Positions 8,898 through 16,939 of a stretch of DNA of 29,402 nucleotides are shown here, piece by piece. How positions within the stretch are numbered: the first letter of the stretch is position 1; every line of letters begins with the position of its first letter. This DNA is from Leptospirales bacterium (GTDB lineage: Bacteria > Spirochaetota > Leptospiria > Turneriellales > JAOUFE01). The stretch covers positions 1 through 29,402 of the forward strand of contig JBEQLE010000056.1 of the NCBI GenBank assembly GCA_040326155.1, read 5' to 3'. The position numbers and the translations under genes are program-made. The notes beneath the pieces were generated by a model, which saw nothing but the letters and a program-made list of their open reading frames with translations, was not told where the DNA came from and ran no database searches.

Positions 8898-10177
8898 GAG
8901 TTATTCTTTAGTTTAAAAAATAGAGTGAAAACCGTCCCTCGGTTTATTTTACTTTCAACGTGTATTCGTCCTTTGTGAAGTTGCACAATGTGTTTTACAA
9001 TCGAGAGTCCGAGGCCTGTACCACCGAGTTTGCGCGAGCGAGATTTATCTACCACATAGAATCGTTCAAACACTCTGGGAATATGTTCTTCTGCGATTCC
9101 TGAACCTGTATCCGACACACTAATTTTCGCCTCTTTAAAATCTTTTTCGATCTTAAGCGTAATTCCACCGGTCTCCGTATATTTAATTGCATTTTCAACG
9201 AGATTAATAAAAGCTTGTTCGAGTCGAAAAGAGTCTCCTGGAATAAATATTTTTTCCTTCTCTGGTTTTTCAATGTTTAAAAAAAGTTCTTTGCTCCTGG
9301 CTTTTCCACCGAGCGCATTGGCTACGTCATCTATTAGTTCGCACAAATCAACGCCTTCAGAAAAGTCTATTTTCTTCTCCGTTTCCAGTTCGGACAAAAT
9401 AAGAAGGTCCTGAACAATGTTGATCATCCGTTCGGTATGTCTTTGTAAAATAGTAATGTATTTAGAAGAGTCACCGGGAATATCTTCTTCAAGTGTTTCC
9501 AGGTATCCTTTAATGGCCGTAAGTGGAGTGCGCAGTTCGTGTGAAACATTTGCTATTAAATCTTTTTTAATTTGTTCCAGATTTTTTAAATCACCCACAG
9601 GACGAGTGACTTGTCTTGTCACAAAATACATAATAAGTAATGCAATAACAAGAATTCCACTTGTAGCTATTAACAGAGTTGAGAGCAGGGCGTTCGTCAA
9701 TGTTTCCGTTTTTTCAAGGTAGCGGCTGACTCGCAATACACCAACAGGTTTATCTACCGACCCAAGCAGAAGCGCCGTATATAACAGATCGGCATGCACG
9801 GTTGTGCTGTAACGAATAGAGTATCCTTTACCTGTTTTATACGCACTTATAATCTCAGGTCGGTCTTTGTGGTTTTCCATCGTAGAAGCATCGCGCTCAG
9901 AATCGGTTAAAACCATCCCGTCTTTTTGTATAACAGTAATTCGAACTCCTGTTTTTTTGACCCACGGTTTCAAATCTCGAAGGTGAATTTTCCCCTTCCT
10001 TATATCTGTTTCAACTTCGTCTTGAAGTAAACCAGCAATATGAAAGAGATTTCCCTTCTCTGTTTTAATATAAATATCTTGAAAAAGTGTATAAGAATAC
10101 GCGAGAATTAAACCAGCCAGGGTAATAGTCAGGGCCATGAAAGGAATAAAGATTTTAATGAAAATTGTATTTTTCAA
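8894..10177 (-). CDS. phoR: PhoR-like sensor histidine kinase
   Basis: Two TMs around a periplasmic domain (MENH.DRPE), ANVSHELRTPLT H-box, NLVENAIKY, DTGSGI, FERFY.VDKSRSR..GGTGLGLSIVKH; TTG start overlaps the phoB stop. Confidence 0.9.
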   Translation of the reverse strand: MKNTIFIKIFIPFMALTITLAGLILAYSYTLFQDIYIKTEKGNLFHIAGLLQDEVETDIRKGKIHLRDLKPWVKKTGVRITVIQKDGMVLTDSERDASTMENHKDRPEIISAYKTGKGYSIRYSTTVHADLLYTALLLGSVDKPVGVLRVSRYLEKTETLTNALLSTLLIATSGILVIALLIMYFVTRQVTRPVGDLKNLEQIKKDLIANVSHELRTPLTAIKGYLETLEEDIPGDSSKYITILQRHTERMINIVQDLLILSELETEKKIDFSEGVDLCELIDDVANALGGKARSKELFLNIEKPEKEKIFIPGDSFRLEQAFINLVENAIKYTETGGITLKIEKDFKEAKISVSDTGSGIAEEHIPRVFERFYVVDKSRSRKLGGTGLGLSIVKHIVQLHKGRIHVESKINRGTVFTLFFKLKNNS

Positions 10178-10854
10178 TCGTCTATTTTATAACCCGCGCC
10201 TCGGATGTTTTTAATATAATCGGCTGCCGGCCCAAGTTTTTCTCGCAAATGTCGAATGTGAACATCTACGGTTCTGTCTACAACGGCTTTTTCATAGCCC
10301 CAGACTTTATCAAGTATTTTTTCACGGGAAAATACCCAGCCCGGTTTTTCAGCCAGAATAGTCAAAATACGAAATTCTGACGAAGTCAATTCCACCCTGT
10401 TTCCATGTACCAGAACGGTGTGTTTATCGAGGTCAATCTCTATCGCGTTGGCCACTTTAATAATCGAGGTCGATTCCGATCGGACGGCTCGTCGCAAAAT
10501 TGCTTTTATTCGTGAAATCATCTCTCTGGGTGAGAAAGGTTTCGTAACATAGTCGTCGGCCCCGAGTTCAAGCCCGAGTATTCTGTCGGTCTCTTCGGCT
10601 TTAGCGCTCAGCATTATAATCGGTATACCTGAGGTCTTTGCATTGGAACGAAGATTCTTACAAACTTCAAGACCATCCATATCGGGCAACATCAGATCAA
10701 GAATAACAAGATCAGGTTTTTCGACCTCAATTTTCTTAAAAAACCCGGAAGCTTCCGAAAAGGCTTTTGCCTGGTAACCCGATTTCTCCAGATGGAGTTT
10801 TAAAAGGTCAGCGATGTCCGACTCGTCTTCTACAATATAGATTTTTTCGTTCAT
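10174..10854 (-). CDS. phoB: PhoB/PhoP-like OmpR-family response regulator
   Basis: VEDE, LDLMLP.MDG, GLELGADDYVTKPFSPRE, RTVDVHIR.LR.KL, IRG.GY. Confidence 0.9.
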   Translation of the reverse strand: MNEKIYIVEDESDIADLLKLHLEKSGYQAKAFSEASGFFKKIEVEKPDLVILDLMLPDMDGLEVCKNLRSNAKTSGIPIIMLSAKAEETDRILGLELGADDYVTKPFSPREMISRIKAILRRAVRSESTSIIKVANAIEIDLDKHTVLVHGNRVELTSSEFRILTILAEKPGWVFSREKILDKVWGYEKAVVDRTVDVHIRHLREKLGPAADYIKNIRGAGYKIDD

Positions 10855-10900
10855 GGAATAATCCGACGAATCTTCAATGCGGTTCTGAACAACTTCGTTT

Positions 10901-11893
10901 TTATTTACGATCAGGAATGTGGCGAGCCAGTTTCAACATATTAAGCAACGAAAGAATCTCTTTTGAATCTTTTTTATCTTTGCTTAAAATTACAAAAACA
11001 ACCAGAATTTCCCCCGTGCGTATTCCACCCTGAATTAAATACCTAAACTTGCCTTCAGGTACATTCTGGTTTGCCACAGATTTGTCGGTTAAAATATAGT
11101 AATAACCGGTTCGGTTTACCCCGGTCAATTTTTGTATTTTCAGTTTTGTTTCAACTGAATTTTCGAGATAACGGGTTCCATATTTTCTTATTAAATTACG
11201 AAGATTTTCCCCATCGTAAAAAATTTCGGTATTAGGCGAAGGGTAAATGGCTATATTGATAGAAAACTCTTTAGAATTTGGAATCGCCAGATCAAGCGAA
11301 GCGGGTCGATCAGGCTCGGGACCCTTGAATATGGCTTTAAAAGGTTGTGGAATATTCAGTAAAAGCGTTCCACCTTCGGGAATCGAGTATTTTTCAGGTT
11401 CATAATTATCCAGATTCACATACTCATTACGGAAATTATACCCCGTTTTTTTCTCGAAAATCTTCAGAATCATATCCGACTCAACGCTCTCATATGGAAA
11501 GTTGAAAATAATTATAATATTATTATAAACATAAACCTCTTCCGGATACGCTTTCGAGCTGCTCATATGAGAACCCCATAAAAGGCCTTTTAAAAACGAT
11601 AAAACCGGATTAAGATTTTCACCCTCTTTATATTCAAAATACAAAATAGAACCCAACGGCTTTTTATTTAGCGCAAGCGTCTGAAATCTTTTTCGCAGCG
11701 GCGCCGGCAAAGTCCCCTGCATAGATGGCATATCGTAAAAAGAGGAAGAGTGAACTGTTTTTATTGCCACGTCAGAAATTAAACTGTATTTAGAAGGAAG
11801 ATCACCTTCCGTTATATCAATTTCTTCAGAGCTAACCGTGTACAAAGTATATGGCAAAAGTGATAAAGTCAGTATAAGCAGTATTTTTTTCAT
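10901..11893 (-). CDS. Exported hypothetical protein (~330 aa; start reassigned to 11893)
   Basis: GGAGAGG RBS before ATG 11893 followed by signal peptide MKKILLILTLSLL; the longer called N-terminus runs through non-coding hairpins. Confidence 0.75.
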   Translation of the reverse strand: MKKILLILTLSLLPYTLYTVSSEEIDITEGDLPSKYSLISDVAIKTVHSSSFYDMPSMQGTLPAPLRKRFQTLALNKKPLGSILYFEYKEGENLNPVLSFLKGLLWGSHMSSSKAYPEEVYVYNNIIIIFNFPYESVESDMILKIFEKKTGYNFRNEYVNLDNYEPEKYSIPEGGTLLLNIPQPFKAIFKGPEPDRPASLDLAIPNSKEFSINIAIYPSPNTEIFYDGENLRNLIRKYGTRYLENSVETKLKIQKLTGVNRTGYYYILTDKSVANQNVPEGKFRYLIQGGIRTGEILVVFVILSKDKKDSKEILSLLNMLKLARHIPDRK

Positions 11894-12118
11894 ATTGTCC
11901 TCTCCGGGGCTACCGGGTAGGGTATTGTATTTCGAACGGGATATCCGATCAATTAAAATATTAAAAGGGGGGGGGCTGAAGTTATTCTCTTTTTGAAAAA
12001 AACAGGCCCCCCTCGTTTCGATCCTGTTTAGAACCACGTAGCGAGTTTTCAAAAACCACGTTTTTTGAAAACAATTTACTTTAAAAGAATATCGAACGAA
12101 GCGATGCTCAAAAAACCG

Positions 12119-12176
12119 CAGGATTTTTTGACACACTAACAGTTTCTACACTACCCCCCGGGTGTCCAATTTTTAA
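12119..12176 (+). repeat. Repeat A, copy 1
   Basis: 47/58 identical by eye to 14973-15030; internal GACAC...GTGTC inverted arms. Confidence 0.8.
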
Positions 12177-12227
12177 CAAAATTGGCAGGGTTCAAGCCAG
12201 ACTGCCCATCTGAATAAAATATTGGCT

Positions 12228-12491
12228 TCAAGAATCCAGTTTTGCGGCTATCCGAAGAATATTCGCATGAGATTTTTCTACAGATTCGATCGGCACAGCT
12301 CCCATCGCATCAGACCGTTCTTTGGTTTTTTCAACCGCTCTTGGAGACATGTTTTTATAGAGTTTTTCCATTACCTCGGGGTTTACCCCTTTCAGTGCAA
12401 TGGTCAGCTCATCCATTTCAAGTTCTCTTAAAAGTAATTGTACCTGTTTATCTTCCAGTGATGTTATATCATCCATCGAATTTAATATCAT
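12228..12491 (-). CDS. Stand-alone FliG C-terminal domain protein
   Basis: L.DKQVQLLLRE....EL.IALKG....V.EK...NMS.RA; AAGGAG RBS; 87 aa with no FliG-N or FliG-M. Confidence 0.85.
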   Translation of the reverse strand: MILNSMDDITSLEDKQVQLLLRELEMDELTIALKGVNPEVMEKLYKNMSPRAVEKTKERSDAMGAVPIESVEKSHANILRIAAKLDS

Positions 12492-12571
12492 ATTGAACTC
12501 CTTACTACAAGCTCCCCTTGAATATTGCTAATATCAACCAGGGCAAAAGTATAAACGATTTCCGTTATAAT

Positions 12572-12613
12572 TCCTTTTAAATCTAATTGTCTGTTGATGC
12601 AAGGAATTTTTAT
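12572..12613 (+). repeat. Repeat B, copy 1
   Basis: 39/42 identical to 15031-15072. Confidence 0.85.
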
Positions 12614-12876
12614 TGGGTTTTTCCTGGCCATGGAATAACTTTCTGGGCGACCGAAGGGAGTGCCGTGGTGAAAACCGCAAAGGCAAATAGTATTCATTTC
12701 TCTTCTTTTTGTTTTAGTGTCTAGAAACTTTATGGGGTAGATTCAAAAGAGTAGTGCGGTAGAATTCCGAACTGCAAACAAATGCAATATTATACCTTTA
12801 CACTTCGGTAATACCTGGCTCGTTGCCTGCCTGAGTAAAAAAATCCTGCGGGCTATTCGACGGCAAATTCATTTAT

Positions 12877-14760
12877 TTAGAATAGGTCAGGATAATTCAT
12901 TAATAAATTATTGCCGAACTCAATAGAGGCAGTCAAAGATAAGTGATGTTTGTCATAAGTTACCAGTTCTGATCTATTTTTTGTAAAACCTGAGCATGTT
13001 TCTTTGGGGCAAAAGAAATTGATCTTATCTATATAGGTTGCGCCAGTTTTTTCAGTGGCAGATTTATACTTATTATTCAGTGAAAAGATTTTTTTGGCTA
13101 AATGGGGCTGAATATTAGATTCTACCTCTTCAAAAGTTTTAGCTCCAGTCGAAATATCCAGTACTTTTCTTGAATAAGATGGCCCAACACCCAGCAATAC
13201 TACATTGTATCCATCGGATGTGAGTTTTTTTATCAATTGCATTGTCGGAGGAAATCGTTTTTCTGATAAACGCATCGAAATAACAATATCTTTAATACCT
13301 TTCGATTTACGTAAGTATCTCCAGAGACCACTGTTTGCTTTACTACAATCCTTATAACTATAAATAATACCCTTCAGGTCAAATATCGGAGGGCATCCTC
13401 CTCTAGACTTCAGGATAAAATGCAAGTCTGGAAATGCTGTTTTCATAATATTGTAGCCGTCAATACCGTGGGAGTCCCCAATTATCAAAATATTTTTATT
13501 TTCCAGGCTGATTTTGTTGCAATTACGTTCGGATGTATTGCAAACATCCATTCTAAACTTCCGCCTGTTTTTCTTGACCTGATCAGGGTGTGTATTAATT
13601 ATTTTATCTAAAGAGACATTATCCCCAGTTTTCATTATACCTTTTTTATAATAGATTACTCCGGAAAATATGAAGAATATAATTAGTCCAATACTAATCA
13701 ATTTTGAAAAGAATTTATCGGAAATTTGAAAACTATTGTTACGACTTTGTCTTAGCGGAGACTCAATGAAGTAAAACAGAAATGTCGCAAAAAGGATAGT
13801 ACTCAATATTAAAATGATCCCCATAGGCATGGAGATAGAACCGTGAGTATAGTATTTATAAAATGCAAAGATAGGCCAGTGTACCAAATATAATGAATAA
13901 GATATTTTCCCAAACCATACCATGGGTTTGTTGCTAAGGATGAAGTTATTTACCATGCCCTGGGGGGTTGACAATATGAAAAAAGTACCAAGACAAGGAA
14001 TAAGCGCTAAATACCCAGGGAAAACTGTATCCTGATTAAAGGCGCTAAAAGAAATTAAAATCAAAGCTAACCCAAGAATTGAAATAGTATTTCTAACGGG
14101 TGTATTTAATAATGTTGTGATGCGTGGAAGGTGTAAATATAATAATGCCCCCAGCAGAAATTCATAGGCACGAAATGGTGCAATGTAGAATGCAGAGACT
14201 TCATTCTGATAATAACTAAAATATGTTGTTACCCCGATACTGAGGAAAAGTAGCGCAAGAATAAGTTTGGAAAGATTTTTTCGCAAAGAACTCTTATATA
14301 TAAAAAACAAGGAAAGAGGCCAAACAAGGTAAAATTGTTCTTCTACAGATAATGACCAGGTATGTAATAAGGGCTTAATTTCAGCAGCTATATCCCAATA
14401 GCCAATTTCTGCGGAAAAATGGAAATTTGACAAAGACACAATCGCCATGATGGCTGACTTGCTTAGACGTAATAGATTGTCTGGATTAAAAATAAATACA
14501 CCGGCGATAGATGAAAAGATAATTACAGTGAGCAGGGCGGGGAACAGCCTTCTTATACGCCGAATAAAAAACGAAGAGAATCGAAAAGTTCCATCTTCAA
14601 GTTTGGAAATAATTATTGAGCTGATCAAATAACCCGATATCGTAAAAAAAATATCTACACCAACGAAACCGCCTGGAATAAATTGAAACCCAGCGTGAAA
14701 TAGTATAACTCCAAAAACAGCGAGTGTCCGTAATCCATCTATATCAGGTCGATAATTCAT
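12877..14760 (-). CDS. Acyltransferase-3 + SGNH O-acyltransferase (OafA/OatA type)
   Basis: YRPDIDGLR, GGFVGVDIFF.ISGYLI, RRIRRL.P, HTWSLSVEEQFY, GKISYSLYL.HWP; SGNH GDSH and DKHH. Confidence 0.95.
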   Translation of the reverse strand: MNYRPDIDGLRTLAVFGVILFHAGFQFIPGGFVGVDIFFTISGYLISSIIISKLEDGTFRFSSFFIRRIRRLFPALLTVIIFSSIAGVFIFNPDNLLRLSKSAIMAIVSLSNFHFSAEIGYWDIAAEIKPLLHTWSLSVEEQFYLVWPLSLFFIYKSSLRKNLSKLILALLFLSIGVTTYFSYYQNEVSAFYIAPFRAYEFLLGALLYLHLPRITTLLNTPVRNTISILGLALILISFSAFNQDTVFPGYLALIPCLGTFFILSTPQGMVNNFILSNKPMVWFGKISYSLYLVHWPIFAFYKYYTHGSISMPMGIILILSTILFATFLFYFIESPLRQSRNNSFQISDKFFSKLISIGLIIFFIFSGVIYYKKGIMKTGDNVSLDKIINTHPDQVKKNRRKFRMDVCNTSERNCNKISLENKNILIIGDSHGIDGYNIMKTAFPDLHFILKSRGGCPPIFDLKGIIYSYKDCSKANSGLWRYLRKSKGIKDIVISMRLSEKRFPPTMQLIKKLTSDGYNVVLLGVGPSYSRKVLDISTGAKTFEEVESNIQPHLAKKIFSLNNKYKSATEKTGATYIDKINFFCPKETCSGFTKNRSELVTYDKHHLSLTASIEFGNNLLMNYPDLF

Positions 14761-14884
14761 TAAAGTACCATATAATTGACTGTTACCTTATTTAGCAAAT
14801 ACGAGCGTATGAGGGTTTTTAAGAGATACTTCGTAAACTATAAAAAGGCAATGGATTGATTTGTATAGTGTCACATATTGTATC

Positions 14885-14990
14885 GTATTACTGTTACCAG
14901 TTTCGATGCAACACTCTGTAGGGGTGAATGGCTGGTTCTTACCCCACCGGGATTTTCATCCACCGGAAGCACCAGGATTTTTCGACACAC
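14885..14990 (-). ncRNA. Probable group II intron 5' end / domain I remnant (no RT, no domain V)
   Basis: Minus strand starts GTGTG (GUGYG), then ..TGGTGCTTC..GGATGAAAATCC..GGGGTAAG..AGCC..CACCCC..GAGTGTTGC..CTGGTAACAG, matching my recollection of bacterial group II intron 5' ends. Confidence 0.55.
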
Positions 14991-15072
14991 AAACAAGGCC
15001 GCCGCTACCCCCCGAGTGTCCAATTTTAAATCCTTTTAAATCTAATTATCCGTTGATGCAAGGAGTTTTTAT
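14973..15072 (+). repeat. Repeats A and B, contiguous copy 2
   Basis: A (14973-15030) directly abuts B (15031-15072); the copy-1 versions are about 395 nt apart. Confidence 0.8.
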
Positions 15073-15133
15073 ATATTTATTTTGCTTGTCCTTATGTACG
15101 AGGAAAGTAATCCATAATAAGCGGGGAAATTTT

Positions 15134-15526
15134 ATGCGATATATTTTTAGAACTTTAGTATTTGCCTCAATTAGTGGTGTGTTGGGGGCAGTCATCTTAG
15201 GAGCGATATTTGGAGATGAAGATAATAAAGCGATTTGGCATGCACTCATATTTTTTATGCCAACTTTAATATTGCATTCTAAATTAAAATTATTGAGGTT
15301 ACCCAAAATAATTAAAATCTCATTTATTATTATATTTCTTCTTTGTATCATAGCTCTTTGGATTTATGCAGGCTATGGTATAATCTTGAATAAAGATCTA
15401 ATATATGGTGGAACTTATGATGGCATGGCGGCTATGGCTCCTTATATTGGATTAGGAATTTCATTAATTTTAATTGTCCTGACTATTTTGATTAATGGTT
15501 TTTCTTCAAAGAGAGAAATCAAATGA
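15134..15526 (+). CDS. Small 4-TM membrane protein (start reassigned to 15134)
   Basis: GCGGGGA RBS-like sequence before ATG 15134; four hydrophobic segments; the upstream part of the called ORF overlaps repeats and the intron relic. Confidence 0.7.
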   Translation: MRYIFRTLVFASISGVLGAVILGAIFGDEDNKAIWHALIFFMPTLILHSKLKLLRLPKIIKISFIIIFLLCIIALWIYAGYGIILNKDLIYGGTYDGMAAMAPYIGLGISLILIVLTILINGFSSKREIK

Positions 15527-15600
15527 AAAATCAAAAAGAGAGCAGTTGCAATATAATATTTTTTGGTGATATATTATCGTAGGTATAATTTTTACATCGG

Positions 15601-16611
15601 CTATTTTTGAATTAAAGTCTGACAACTCGGACAATTGAATTCCTCTTTATCGAGAGGGAAAGAAACCGGAGCGGTACATCCGGGACAATCAAAATTAATA
15701 TTCTCCGTGTCCATTATATAGCCGCAGCATTCGCACAGGGTTTTTTTGGCATTCTCGGCGACGAGTAACATGTTTCCGCACTGCCCGCAGATCCGCTCGT
15801 TGAGCTTGACATTTGGCAGCTCCTGGTATTCACCCAGAAGGTTAAACTCTTCCAATATTCCCCTTAGCTCATCTTTCTTTATATACGGAACCCAGGCCTG
15901 GACAAATGTCGATAAAGCGATCTCTTTGACCAGCTCGGGGCCCATCCTTTCGGGTTCGTATTCGAAATACCCGAGTTCGGCATACTTCCTATTGCAACCG
16001 TCTAAAAATGCCGTGTAGGATTGTATCATCGCTTTAAAGTCACTCACGGGAATCGCCATGGCAGCCGGATCGGACATGTCCCATTTAATTGCTGCAGTCA
16101 CTTTTCCTAAATCGCTTGTGAGCTCTACCAGGCCGGGGTTAAAATTTCTCTCGGTGGTGGTTAAAACCAGGTATTTTACAAATTTTTCTTTATATCGAGG
16201 ATCGCCCACGCGCGGGGAAAGCGTGCTTCCGGAACTGATGACATAGTGTTCCTGCAGCTCTTTGCAGAGTTCTTCATATTTTTCCCGGTCGCCATCGGCG
16301 AGCGCTGCTTGCAACAGCGGCGACAACTTGTCGCTGACCTCTTTATGCTCTTTTACCTTTGCCAGGTACATGGTATCGGCTTTTTCTGAAACCTGTTCTG
16401 CCAATTTCATTTGCTTGCTTTCATTTGCAAGCTGTCCGGCCTCACTGGCCTGCGAGGTCATCTTGTGAAGAGACGAACCCGAGATGCCAAGAAACTTGGA
16501 TAGATCAAAATCAATAAGAGAGGCGCAGTAGTCGCAATATACATAGGCCGTAGCCGATAATTTCATTTTTGAAGAACCACAGTTGTTACATTTGGTTTTT
16601 TTGATAAGCAT
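15601..16611 (-). CDS. Hypothetical protein with N- and C-terminal zinc ribbons
   Basis: CNNC/CDYC at the N-terminus; CGQC/CECC/CPGC/CPSC at the C-terminus; AAGGA RBS. Confidence 0.8.
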   Translation of the reverse strand: MLIKKTKCNNCGSSKMKLSATAYVYCDYCASLIDFDLSKFLGISGSSLHKMTSQASEAGQLANESKQMKLAEQVSEKADTMYLAKVKEHKEVSDKLSPLLQAALADGDREKYEELCKELQEHYVISSGSTLSPRVGDPRYKEKFVKYLVLTTTERNFNPGLVELTSDLGKVTAAIKWDMSDPAAMAIPVSDFKAMIQSYTAFLDGCNRKYAELGYFEYEPERMGPELVKEIALSTFVQAWVPYIKKDELRGILEEFNLLGEYQELPNVKLNERICGQCGNMLLVAENAKKTLCECCGYIMDTENINFDCPGCTAPVSFPLDKEEFNCPSCQTLIQK

Positions 16612-16723
16612 AATAATTCCTTTTTAAAATATATTGATATTAGTTTATTTCTAAGTAAGAACTGAGTGTCAAGAGAATTTGCGCGAGGCACGATAGCGGT
16701 AGTAGCAAAAAGGATCTTTGCGT

Positions 16724-16882
16724 CTATTTCTCAAGCAGGTTGCTCAACAATCTGCCAACCTCGAGTGAAAGCAATAGCATGGATACAACCAGAGTAGATG
16801 TATATGCCAACTTATTTTTAAATGCTCCTGGAAATGTCAAAATTCCAACGGCAAGAACCAGCGCAAATGAAGTAATGTTATT
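16724..16882 (-). pseudogene. Membrane-protein gene fragment (DUF4345-like)
   Basis: Startless frame ..LAVGILTFPGAFKNKLAYTSTLVVSMLLLSLEVGRLLSNLLEK* with two TM-like segments and a GRLLS motif. Confidence 0.4.
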
Positions 16883-16939
16883 GACATTTTCAAGGAAATT
16901 AATATATCGTTTTATCTGTTTTTATTTTAAGGAGTCATT

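Noticed and set aside
11894..12136. N-terminal extension of the 411-aa ORF
   Set aside because: A better start with RBS and signal peptide exists at 11893; the extension crosses hairpins and repeat A.
12488..12697. 69-aa ORF upstream of FliG-C as a possible missing FliG part
   Set aside because: No FliG-M similarity; it overlaps repeat B and a REP-like GCGACCGAAGGGAG motif.
12640..12700. Possible c-di-GMP-I riboswitch (GAAA tetraloop, AAAGGCAAA)
   Set aside because: Motif order is wrong and there is no GACGCAAAG or P3; better explained as a REP-like relic.
14861..15133. N-terminal extension of the 221-aa ORF
   Set aside because: It translates the antisense intron relic and repeats; the true start is likely 15134.
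16695..16748. Minus-strand GCAA..GAGA..GACGCAAAG resembling c-di-GMP-I riboswitch P2
   Set aside because: The P3/tetraloop-receptor half is absent and the sequence is explained by the end of a membrane-gene fragment.
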